DNA of 64,000 nt from Bugula neritina (taxonomy: Eukaryota; Animalia; Bryozoa), in assembly GCA_964035545.1 (NCBI GenBank), contig OZ037773.1:3811751-3875750 (forward strand). Reading direction: 5' to 3'. Below the pieces are notes generated by a model, which was not told the origin of the DNA, did not search any database, and saw only the letters and a program-made list of their open reading frames with translations. Positions 41,100-54,156 of the stretch are shown piece after piece; positions within the stretch are counted from its first letter, which is position 1, and every line of letters begins with the position of its first letter. Made by a program: the position numbers and the translations under genes.

Positions 41100-41390
41100 A
41101 TGATGACCAACTAATGAGGAAATTATTGTGAAAATAGTGGCTTAAGACTGGAGGAGGCCATTTTGATATGCCGTATAGCAGAGAGTGGCATGACTGAAAT
41201 CCAGCCTGAAAAGCCGGTGCAGCCCATCAGCTCCAAAAAGAAGCCAAACAGAGATGATGATAATTTGGTAAGGTCCACTCAAGCAGGAGACCTCTCAGAA
41301 AGAGGTTGTGGCAACTACGGGCAATCTCACCCTCCTGCAAAGTGTCCTGCATACGGTCACCAGTGTCATAACTGTGCCTGGAATCTTCTA
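41100..41390 (+). mobile_element. Degenerate Ty3/gypsy-like gag fragment (more decayed paralog at ~16730-16980)
   Basis: 'LRLEEAILICRIAE' and zinc-knuckle-like 'CGNYGQSHPPAKCPAYGHQCHNC'. Confidence 0.55.
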
Positions 41391-41512
41391 TTCGCATAAT
41401 AACAATATATTCATTGCTTTTGAATTTATTACTTCGAACTGTACTCTAGCAGAAGAAAAAATATTTACAAGCTACACAAAATTATATATAAATAGTTTTC
41501 ATACTGTCATGT

Positions 41513-41680
41513 GTGTCATTCAGAATGGCACCATGACTAGCCAATATGTGTGTGGTATTACTACAATGTTATGTGGTGTCATTCAGAATGGCACCATGAC
41601 TAACCAATATGTGTGTGGTATTACTACAATGTTATGTGGTGTCATTCAGAATGGTACCATGACTAACCAATATGTGTGCA
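41513..41680. repeat. 63-bp tandem repeat, ~2.7 copies
   Basis: GTGTCATTCAGAATGGCACCATGACT... repeated. It explains ORF 41308-41712. Confidence 0.9.
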
Positions 41681-42714
41681 TCACCATCACAAGCTCATCA
41701 GTTGTTGTTTGACTGTGCAATGCACTGCATTCACTTGTTTGTATTTTGACATTATTATCATATTTTATAAATAATACATTTATTCTATCATTGGAAATAC
41801 TTCGCAATGTTATATACCCAGCAATGTAACACATACATATAATAATATAAACCAAAGAAAAATAACTTGTCGATTGTAACAGTACCTACAATATCAATTC
41901 TCTAGAACGATATCTTTTTACAAAAAACTAATATGAACCTAAATGTGGTATATGTATAAATTGAATATGTATGTATAGTATGATAGATTTTCTGGTTATG
42001 CATAGTTATGCTCTAGCTACAATTCAGTTTAGAATGTTCTGTTAGATAGAACAGACTAAGAAGCCAAATAACTTTGACCCAAGATTAGAAATGCTTAATC
42101 TGGTGTCGAAAGATAATACATGCATTTCTTTTCAATACTTTTTAAGTAAGAGACAGCATTTGGGAATATTTCAGAGTATTTTTTTACGTTCACTTTGTAA
42201 AGGACTGCGGCGTGTGCATTAATATGAACCATTGTCAGAATACACCATATATATTAATCACATGCATGTATGAATATACACATTTCACTATAATAATTTA
42301 GAATCAATGTTGTTGTAATCCTACCATTTGACTAATGTGCATTGCTGTGTATACTGGATATACAGTACTAGTATACTGTGTATACTATAATAAAGTATAT
42401 TATAATTACTTAGACTGTAAAGAGCTTCATGTGCGAGCACTAAGTTATGTTGTCACCATGCCAAACTATCATATTTGATGTGAGTGACATGTGCAGGAAA
42501 GTGATATGCTATAATGAAACTGCTGGTGTTATCAATCATAGCTAAAGGATGGATTTCCCAAGATGATAGGAGCATCACTAACCTAGCTGCTATCTGACCT
42601 TGTGGAACACATGGAGTGTAGAGTAGTAAACCAGTTTCATTCTGGCAGCAGTGGGTGGAAAGGTGTGATTGATTTAGTGGAGCATCTTCAGTTCAGCCAC
42701 TGACTAACTGCACA

Positions 42715-45492
42715 ATGCTGAGATACTATGGCACTGACAAAACTCCTTTTGAGTGTGAAGAAATTGTGGAGCGACATGAACAGATCTATGGCAAAGAAAC
42801 ACGCAAGTTTGAAGTGTTTGACACTCTGTATCAATCTTTGCGAGAAGGCAAACATGATGTGTTTGAAGAAATGGCAGCAGAAAGCAACTTCATGGTAACT
42901 GACATTGGTATTTGGATGTGTGAATTACAGCTTGGAAATCATGACGTCAACTTGATAAAATACTTTCTCGAGACTGCATACAAGCAGTCATATCGAAAGA
43001 GCTTTCTTGTTGGTGAAGCCGTGGTGTTTTATCGAAATGAAAATCATACGCAGACGAGATACAAAACAGTTGACAACACCAACCAATTTCTTTTCTATCT
43101 GAAAGCGTTTATTCATCGAGTTTGTCGCTGGTATCCAGAACAAGTGAATAGGTTACATTTGTGTGGTGGAATTGCTCCAGTTCACGCTGTTTTTCAACTG
43201 CCTGGCTATGCAAGAGCAGAAGTCCTGGATGCCTTGCTAGCTTGCAATGCTGATATCAATGTCCAGGATCGTTATGGGGCTACAGTTCTTCACCATGCGG
43301 CATGGAGTGGCTACCGTGATGATATTGAAATGCTTCTTGAACGAGGAGCAGATAAAACCATTCTTGATGCTCAAGGTAGATCACCCTTTGACGTAGCTCT
43401 GCAACAAGAAAACTTTTCAATGGCAGAGCGGCTTAAAATCACAAGAAAGGAGAAGATAGAGGATTCAAGTGAGCGGTGGGGAAGATATGATGACATAAGA
43501 TGTTATGGAGGACCTCTAGAGTTTTCTGACCATGTGAGTTATATTCCAGAAGAGCCAGACTTGCAAGAGTTTATTCAGTCTCTGATAATCAGCAAGCATG
43601 GAAGTTGCAATGCCATGTTGGCCGATGACGTTCTGGGAAAACTGAAGGCTGAGGTTAACAAACTGATGAACCGTATTTCTCAGCTAGTAGAACAGGAAGA
43701 TCCTCGGTTTGCGTTCAGACCTCTTCTTACAGGAAGTGTAGAACAAGGAGGAAAAGTGGGACCACCTGATGAATTTGATTTCAGCTGCATTCTTATCAAA
43801 TTTTCTTCCTTATGTCAAGAGATTGTTGAGCCTTTACATCCTGGTTACTGTCGCCTAACATCTCGCGAGAAAGTCCCTCCTGAATTTGCCGAGTTCTTTG
43901 ACAACGAGTATCTCAATTTTTCTAAAGTCAACGCCAAGTTGTTCTCGATGATTGAGAAATCCCTGGCCTTCATACATTTGCATGGATTTGAATCTGAGCT
44001 CGCAACAACCTTGATAATCAATCCACCTTATCGTCAGGTCAGGCTTTCTACAGTGGCCTACAAGCTCTATCTAAGGTGCAACTCACCACAACTAAAAAAC
44101 CTGAAGTTCAAAATTGATTTAGCCGCCGTTCTTTCGTTTAAACCTTTTAATTTGAAAGTAGAGTGCTTTGAAGGAATAGAGGAGTGTCTGTTTGTTCACA
44201 TTGAAGACAATAACGTTGCAAAAGTGAACTGCAGAATTTCCCTCACTTATCAAGAAAACGCCATTTTCAACATCTGCAAGAAAGAAAAAGGCAATTATAT
44301 TATTAAGAGTTATGGACTGCTGAAAAGTCTGCTATCTTTGCTGTCATCATCGTGGACCTTGCCAGAAAGTGTGAGTATATTATACTAGTGAATTTTATTT
44401 ATTTTTTAAATTTGCTATTCAATGTTATATAATCAACTTCATTACTGTGTTACTGTTATTACCTTGTGCCAAAACGAAAAGTGTAAAACTTTACAGGAGC
44501 ATTTTTATGATATCTTTTATTTACAAGCATGCAAAATGTAGCTCCGCAGACTACATCCACCTCATATTATATTATTTTTATATATCCCATTATTTTTTTT
44601 TTTTTTTCAAATATAATATTGTGTGTTTATTTTAAAAATGATATTTTGTATTATAGCAACATATTGTGTTACATCCCATGCATTATATAATAGATATGCA
44701 ACATTATTATATTAAATTTGCATATCATTTTACCGAATTTATAATAATTTATTATTATATTATAACATTACATTGTAGCATATTATATAATTATTATATC
44801 ATATTATAGATAATTTTGAAAGCCCACTAGTGCAACTGTTTAAATTACAAGATAAGTTTACTGGGTGTACTGATTTTAGGAATTTTTTGCTCCGGACTCA
44901 AATACTGATGGGATTACTAAACTCGGTTTAGATCTTATCCCGACAACGTATCATATAAAGCAGTCTCTCATCAAAGCCATTCTAGACTACAACTATACTC
45001 CTCCACCTGGTTACACTGGGCGTGTAAGTCTTGTATATATAGTTATACTTCCTTATCTTACCCAATGAAAACAAACATTCAAATATTTGGCATTTCTCTT
45101 CGACATCTGTATATATGTAGAGTTCTATTTCAGTATATTATTACCTGATTGGTTGCTGTATATTTAAGGAAATAGAGTTTTGGGCCAAGACAGCAGTGGC
45201 GAACCTGATTGAAAGTTATAAAACTAGGAAGATGCCAACACCATGGTTGGCATCTCACAACGTCATGGAAGATCATACCAAGAGGCGGTCGGCAAGCGAG
45301 CCGGTACCTGAAGATGGTATAGACAGGTGCTTTGAGTACCTGCTAGCCCATGCCAACATTCTCCGTTGTATTCTCTTTCAGGAGAATGTTGGGCAACAAG
45401 AATCTTCAGACTCTGAAGTGGTCGTCAATCGCTTAGACCCGGAGGAATTCATTAAGGACCGAACAGAACTCTTCACATTTAGTTTCATGTGA
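42715..45492 (+). CDS. Ankyrin-repeat cGLR, copy 3
   Basis: Same motifs. Exons 42715-44370, 44880-45023, 45169-45492. Confidence 0.85.
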
Positions 45493-46750
45493 AAATAACT
45501 TTTCGCTTATTATTATTTCAATCAGTTTAAAATAACTCGCCTAAATTCTTATTTTGTTACGAGGGACAAAAGATCATTTAGGAGCAGTGGTGGAGAAATT
45601 AAGATAGCATCAGTTCTTTAATCTTATTGTTAAATTTTGGTTTGGGGTGCAGGTTGAACTTCTCGTGAGAACATAACTTCTTATGCTACATTCTTAATCT
45701 AAAACACAGGCTTTTCTCAATTTCTCTTTTACTGCACTTACCTCCAAAAGATTAGTCCAATGACACCTGCTTATACATGTAAATGATGACCTGATGCAAA
45801 TCGATGTTATAATGATGTCGTTTATTTTTTAATATACAATGTATTCATAATGCAATAAATTTAAGTATGCTGTAACTAAATGTTTGTGTGTGTGTACTAA
45901 AGCAATACCAATCTTATTCCATGACTTGTACCTTCTCCAGTCTTAAATCATGAGCTGTTATATCAATACAATACAACAATAATGCTGTCAAAGTAATTAT
46001 ATTGTAGTTTTCAATGTGCCATGTAACTATTTTGACATACTGTTTGTTTATCAAATTAGTCAGTTACCCTTGAGATTTGATAGTGTAGTGACAGTAAGAA
46101 ATCTGGTAGTAATTTATTGCAACACTTGTCTATATACATCAGTAACAATGTAGCAAAAGTTCAAAGATAAACACTGTGCGCTCTACATGCGATGTCAATC
46201 ACTTCAGAGTGTTCATCCTGGTTCAGAATAATTTAGCCATGGAGCTTGCTAGTATTTTGCAGATTCTGATGCTGTTTTCAAATGAAGAGCAAGCTTAATG
46301 TAGTTGGCTTGTTTTACTGTCAACTGTGATAGTGTGAAAATACTCAAACAAACTTTATTGAAACTTCAAATTTAAAGCAACGATAAATTCTTCACACACT
46401 TTAAATTGTAAAAAAAAGGAAAAACAAATATAAATCTAAATTTTAGTTCATGTTTTAAAAATATCTTGTATATCTATTGGCTAGACTAAAATATGTTGAT
46501 TTCCTGTATATGTTGTATGTCCTGGTGGGCGCAAAGAACAATATTATTACATTTTATCTTGGCATTCAACAGTTTTTACAGAATATCAACATTATTATTA
46601 TTTCTGAACTGCAAGGTTATTTGTGTTTTGTGAAGCCATGCATGGAGTTTTTAAATAGCAAGCATGCTTACATTAGAAGGAGTTGTGGCCTCCACATACT
46701 TTAGTTGCCATTTCAACGATTGAGTACTAAAACAGATGGAGACACTTGAA

Positions 46751-48239
46751 ATGACATCCTCAGTAGTAGACAGGCCACATGAAGCTCAGGCAAATAATTT
46801 GGCGCCTGTTTACCAAGATATTGATTTAATGAAGTCTGAGAACCGTATGTATAGCCCTAGTAACATGTTTAACTGACGAAGATATTATGGGAGGGGAAGA
46901 TTAAATATTATATACTAGTTTTATGAAGCTTTTAAGAGAACTGTTTAATTAAAAACAATGCTTTATGTTGAAGTGTTCTGCATATATGACATTAAAGATA
47001 CTGTTGTCTTGTTTTTGTATAGCTTTTGATAGCTTTCATGCAAGTTGGATCTCACTTGAAAGTATTTTTTGTATGACTTATCTTAAATTAAAAATAGTGA
47101 ATTGTATGGTCTCAGTATGATGTATCAGTCAGGTCTATAGCAGGCTCTCTGTAGTCTGTTAGTTGTAAGTTAAAACTCTTTACCTGCGACATTGTGGTAT
47201 AAAAAAATGTAGGAAGTCGACAAGAAGTAAACAACTCTCAAACTGTTGTATTTCCAGACGGCCTTGGATTTAACATCACAGGAGGCTACAGCGATGAACT
47301 TCGCACAAAAAATAAAGGTATTTTCATCTCGTCAATTAGAGCAGGGGGTGTGGCTGAGAAAGATGGACGACTCCAAAAGGGAGATAAGATTGTAAAGGTT
47401 TGTAAAATTATTTTCTCAGTAACTGCTTGATAACTACACTGTGCAAATATCATTATCATATTATTATATTATTATATTATATTATATTAATATTATTATT
47501 ATATTACTATTATATTATATATAATTTCCGTACAGGAAATAGCTGATATTGTTATTTACATGTGCCTATTTGGATATTCTATTTATAAGTTCAGAATTTT
47601 TATATTCATATACTTTTTTATAGATACTGCTTATTGCTGATTTGTAATATTATATTAATACTAATTGCTTAAAATACATAGTGGTTATTTATACCATGTA
47701 ATACTAATCCCAATTATAATACCTAAATTAAACATTAGTAATTATAACATAATTGTTTGTCATAACATTATATATGCTATAACACATCTGCTGTATATAA
47801 TGTGAATTATTTATTAGGAGTTATAATATAATTGTATGATTGATTGATAATATAACATATAGTATAAATATAAAACACACTTGTTATATTATAATATAAA
47901 TTAGATAATAGTTATAGTTGTAATATGATTAGATATAAGTAAATAAAAACATATGTTGCATAATATAAATTATATATCAATAATTGTAATATGATTATAT
48001 AAGTATATATAGAAGATTTGTTATATAATACAAAATTATATAATAGTAGTTTTAATAATATAGTTATCTGAGAACACATATATAATGTTTTGTTGTATAT
48101 TTGTAGCTCAATGGGCAGGTGTTGGAAGGTTTGTCCCATGCTACAGTAGTGAGTATGTTTCGTTCTGCTGGGAAAGTCAATAGGCTCACCATTTGGAGAG
48201 AACCAGTTGATCAAGAAGTGTCCAATCAGGTAGTCTTTC

Positions 48240-48315
<76 letters not shown>

Positions 48316-49086
48316 AAGTAGTAGGTGAATGAAGGTAAGACATACATGAAAACTACTGTTGGCTATTTTATTTGACCATCAATTTTATAGGTTGAATTAT
48401 GCTAAAGGCTAGTACAGAGAGCACACTGTATTAAACAAATGTATGACACACTCTTCACTAGGCCCTTTACCCCCTAGACACACTTTGTTGTACTGTAGGC
48501 TGTAACAAAAAATTGTCAGCCATTTTTAATGCGTCCGGGCTGAGGTTTTCAAAGTTCGGTATTGGATCCGATCTATGTTATCTCTGTGAACATTTATATC
48601 CAATGAGTAGGGACGAGCGTCTTTTTGGCCAATAGGCACCCGACACAACTTTTTCAAATCAAGCAGTGCTTGATCCTGATGTACTAGAAACTTTGAATTT
48701 TTAAAAATGGCTGACATTTGCTGTTACGACATTGGTACACTATGTCTAGCGGTTAGTCTTTTATGATGTTTAGATATAGAGCAGTTAGTCATTTTGTCAG
48801 CCAAATCAAATTTCTTAGGCCATATTATCTGCAAGCCTCAGGCTAACCAACTTTCTCTGTTAGGATGATAACAGAAATATGACTATACCCAAAAGTATAT
48901 CTAACCCATATAGCCTCTGTTTAAAGAATATAGTGCTTTTAGAAAGAGGACGAATCCTCAAAGCAGAGTGACCTCAACATTTGGTCGTTTATCAGAAGTA
49001 AAACTGAAATATGGAAAATAGCTGCAGCTAGTGGTATTACTATAGTAGCCTGTGCCCTCATGTATGAATTCAGACGAAGGAGATAA
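46751..49086 (+). CDS. Single-PDZ tail-anchored protein, synaptojanin-2-binding protein/OMP25-like
   Basis: Phase-consistent exons 46751-46844, 47258-47397 ('GLGFNITGG..GIFISSIRAGGVAEKDGRLQKGDKI'), 48107-48229 and 48943-49086 (TM followed by RRRR*). Confidence 0.8.
48468..48755. mobile_element. Degenerate MITE-like foldback element in an intron
   Basis: Imperfect inverted ends CTAGACA..TGTCAGCCATTTTT versus AAAAATGGCTGACA..TGTCTAG. Confidence 0.5.
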
Positions 49087-49598
49087 CTGACAATACTTCA
49101 AAGTAGTACAATTTATGTTAACTTTGATAAATGACATATAACCACATGTGGTGACATGTGCTCACACGTGCTTCATGTGCTTCATGTGATGCTGTAATGT
49201 TTATGTCCTGTTATCAACCAAAGAAGTCTTACATTGTAATATTGTTTTTGAAAATAAACTTTTTTTACAATTTCATAATGTTTGGATATTGTTGGTGTTT
49301 ACTTGTATTTTTGACTAGTTAGCACATATGGACTGTATCACTATAACTAACATATACAAAGATCTCACATAACACATGCAATGTTTTACAAAGTTTAATA
49401 TAATAGATAAAAGTCCATCGGTGAAAAAACCTTGTATTAAAATGATATTTAAACTAAAATATTATTTTTAGGATTGAATTTAACTATTTGCCTATATTGA
49501 ATAAATTTGTAAACTTGTATTATAATGTACAAACTTGCTGATGAGCATGGTTGCATGAATGACTAATTACAGAAATACAAAAACACTTTGTCTCTGTT

Positions 49599-52302
49599 TT
49601 ATTTTTTCTTCATTTTTTGTCTTGGATGACTACATTCAGCTTCATGATCATCAGTGATGTCTTCATCGGTAGAGTTGAAAGGGCACAGGTCTCTCGCACA
49701 CCATACAATGTTACACAACTGGTTGTTACATAAGGATTGGCTTCGAAGGACTGTTCCTCCACAAGGACACTGCTTATGGTACTTGGTGAATCTCTTAGCT
49801 GACTTGGCCGGTACCGTAATGGCCACACCAGATCCCGAAGCTGACTCTGAACATTGAGAGAGACTTGTTGCTGAGGAAGCGTCTGAAAACTCAGAAGTTT
49901 CAGCTGATTGAGTGGAGGTTGCAGCTGCAGCGGGTTTTGCCGCTGTTGAGGCAGATTTGCCTTTTGATTTAGCAGGTTGGTTTGCTGCAGGTGCAGGTTT
50001 ACTTGCTGCAGGTGCAGGTTTGTTTGCTGCAGGTGGAGGTTTGTTTGCTGCAGGTGCAGGCTTTTTCACTGCAGGTTTTTTTGCTGCAGGTGCAGGTGCT
50101 GTATACTCAACAGATGCGAGCCTAATTAGATTATGCACAGCCAACTCATGCTTGATGATTTCACTCTCGATGATAGTGAAGAATGAGCAGTTTGCACGGC
50201 ACCACTTTATCTTGCATATCGGGTTACCGCATATCGGATGGGTATAGGAGCTTCTTTTGTGACCACAAAGACAAAGCGGTGGAGATTTGTAAATTAGTTT
50301 AATCATCTGCTTTGCTGGCGCAGCTGGCAAAGCTGGCGCAGCTGGCGCAGCTGGCGCAGCTGGCGCAGCTGGCAAAGCTGGCGCAGCTGGCAAAGCTGGG
50401 GTTGCTGGTGCAACTGGCGCAGCTGGTGTCGCTGGCAAAGCTGGGGTTGCTGGTGTCGCTGGTGCCGCTGGCAAAGCTGGGGTTGCTGATGCACCTGGGG
50501 TTGCTGGTACAGCTGGGGTTGCTGATGCACCTGGGGTTGCTGGTCCAAGTCGGATTGCTAGTGTAATTGGTTTGGCTGGTGTGGCTGGCGATGATGCAGC
50601 TTGAGCTGGAACTGGTGCAGCTTTAAGCAAAAACTTATGTTGTCGAGCGCCTGACGAGGGAGGTGGTGTGTATGTCAATAGAAGTGGTAGTTTCATTACT
50701 ACAGGGGAAACATTGGGGTTAGGTGTGGTAGGTGATGTAGAAGTAGCAGGCGGTGTAGATGCAACAGCTCTGACATGGGTAGAATGCTTTTTAGCACCGG
50801 TTTCTTTTAGGATAAATGAATTTGGAGGTATAGTCAACAGAGTTTCCTAAAGTTTATAGACTGTTTGAAATCATGCATAGAAAAAGTGGGCTCCTGAGAG
50901 TAAAAATTTTGTATAGATGCAAAGTTTTGATATTATCACATTACCTAATAAGGATATGAAAAAGTAAAAGGTGAACTGCAGATCTATTCCAGTTCAGACC
51001 TCGGTTGTCAAAATTCATACCGCATGTGCAAACTTACCCATCCATACAGTGGCATAGTAAATATCCAATCATCTATTGGTACAACCGTATTGCCATGAAT
51101 AAATTTTTTTGTTGCAAAATATTTGGTCACCAGGTCCATGAAGGGCTCAATCCTTTCCCTTTTGTTATGGAGCACAAAATAGTTCACTACTGACTGAGCC
51201 AGTTCCATAAACTGTGTGAAATTATAACAAAGTTTTGATTGGCATCGTTGTTTGCTTGCATCTATAATGGGGCACTTACAATTATAAGTTTTTCAACATT
51301 TATTCATAGCATAGCCATATTTTGTAAGAATATTTAAAACAAGTATGTCCCAACTGTATTCAATTGTGCTATGAAATTTTTTTTGATATTTGTGAAACTT
51401 CCTGAGACTTGTTCTGTTTCTAGCAAATGTAGTCTTATTGGGAAAAAATTATTATATTTTTGGAAAGAACTGTATATACCTCTACGATAACCCCCCAAAA
51501 TATTCCACTGGCAAAGATTTTCCTAGCTGCCTCGTCTAACTCTAGTAGCAGAGATTCTGGTTGTGCTTTCACTATGGCATTTGCTCCAGCCCGAACATTT
51601 CCAAGGTTCATGTTTTTGACTACAGATACCAACACATTTAACTACATACAACAACATAGCTAACTACAGATACCAATAAAACCAAACATTTGGTAAGTTG
51701 GGTAAGTGTTGCTGGTTCATCAAACATAAAGGTAAAACTTTCAATCTAAGAAATTAAGCCAGCAGCATAAAATTAGCCATGCCACATATATTTGAGCATA
51801 TAATATAACAAAACGCTATGCAAGGCTAAAAGCGCTATAGCTAGTAACTGCTGATCACAACCGCCTATCATAACTGCTTACCACAACCGCCAATCATAAC
51901 TGCTTACCACAACCGCCTATCATAACTGCTTACCACAACCGCCAATCATAACTGCTTACCACAACCGCCTATCATAACTGCTGATCACAACCGCCTATCA
52001 TAACTGCTCACCACAACCGCCTATCATAACTGCTCACCACAACCGCCTATCATAACTGCTCACCACAACCGCCTATCATAACTGCTGACCACAACCGCCT
52101 ATCATAACTGCTTACCACAACTACCTATCATAACTGCTTACCACAACCGCTTATCATAACTGCTTTCCACAACCGCCTATCATAACTGCTTACCACAGGT
52201 TTCAATATGCACGGCTAGTGGTAGATGCTTTGACAGCTTTACTGGAGGTACCTGCTTTTTGATAAACGAGTTTACTTCACTTTGTTTTCCATGATGTCGC
52301 AT
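49599..52302 (-). CDS. Divergent Bcl-2-fold protein C, fused to a Pro/Ala linker and two Cys/His modules; 5' exons uncertain
   Basis: BH1-like 'AARKIFASGIFWGVIVE|FMELA' (exon ending 51480), BH2-like 'DDWIFTMPLYGW|' (exon 51038-51211), then phase-0 splice to 50846-49599. Candidate 5' exons at 52252-52302 and ~51680-51745. Confidence 0.6.
51843..52197. repeat. 26-bp intronic minisatellite ACCACAACCGCCTATCATAACTGCTT
   Basis: About 13 tandem copies. Confidence 0.95.
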
Positions 52303-53561
52303 GCTGAAAAGTTAAACAAACCATTTCACATCTATCAGTATTCCCACATTTAGTTTGTTGAGGATTATAAGATAAAAATTCAAATGCCATATTCATACAT
52401 GATTAGATTTTGGTCTAAATGTCTCTTTGATCGTATGCACTAAATTACGAAAAATGATATTATATTACTACAGCTAAGAAATTTAAGCTTTTAAAGCAAC
52501 AGTTTTAAAGTTGAAAAACCCTACCTACTTCAGTGGAACAAATTAGACAAGCAGTTGCAAAATAGGCTATGCTGTAAATATTTAATTGCATTTTACAAAT
52601 ACGCGTAATAGCATGTGCCAAAGACCATTTAATTTCCAGATTGTTAACTGATCAAAGTTGCTCTGGGTTTTTCACAACTAAAACTTCAGCAAATTTGTTT
52701 CAATGTAAGCAACCTGAATTTTTGCAAAAAATGAAGGAATTCATAAATTTACCCATAAACTATGTAGGTTAAGAGAGCATCTCTTGAATTAAGGTACTCT
52801 TTAGCAGCCATAACACTGTTCCTACGACAACTTAATTCCTAATCATAGACAATAACAGCGCTCAGCGCTGGGTTAATTAGGGTAGCGAAAATGATCTGAC
52901 ATTTTGATTTTTTATTTTAGTTATTATTGCCTTGTGTTTAGGAAACCATACAAAAATGTCAAACTTTTACTGAAAATTGCTTCCAAGTTTTGCAGCTTGG
53001 AGAAAAAATTAGTATAACAGCTTTATTCTAAAAGTTTTTTGCTAAGTTGCTAAAAATCAGTTTGAGCTTTTATAGGATGAAGTTTATATATGTATATAGA
53101 TAGCTTTAGTATTTTAGGATTATGTTGAGTAAAAGTCAAATTGGAAATTTAAAAGTTGTTTTACTTAAACGCGTCTATAATACATGTCAAGCATTTTCTT
53201 GCCGTTTTTTTTCAATTAGTAAAGCTTTTATAAAATAGCAAATTTGACAGTATCTTTTTAAACAAGTGTACTCTGCATGATCAGCTGATTTGCCTTGGAA
53301 CAACATAAACTTCCAGAAGTTACATTATTTCAAAACATGGTCTTATACATTCTATTGAGCACATGCAATTTTTAAAGTTAGTAAGCTACACGTTTGCTGT
53401 TAAAGCATTGTTCATTTTTATGAGTCAAATTGCAAAGGAGTTGCACTATTATATATGTAGTTGATTTTATTTAACAAATACAGCTACAAACTGAATGATC
53501 CTCTGGCCCAAAGATTTATTATTTTATTTTTTATAAGTTGGGAACTTATTTCATTGAATAA

Positions 53562-53910
<349 letters not shown>

Positions 53911-54156
53911 TGAGCTTATATATAAGACTGCATATTGCATTTTAGCTTATGAATTATTGCTATACAACAACACTTTTTATTACTCAATAAAGCTGTTAAA
54001 AGACTTCACGGTATATAAATTCTAATTTTATTTACTTACAAAAAATACTTTTGTTTTGATTAAATCTATCAAGAAATTTTTATTAACTATTTGTTGCATA
54101 TAAGAGAAATTATTCGAATATAACTGTTGCGTCAATAAGCTGCACATGATTCACAT

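Noticed and set aside
49912-50566. Plus-strand Ala/Gly and LAQ-repeat ORFs
   Set aside because: Antisense shadows of the Pro/Ala-rich coding exon.
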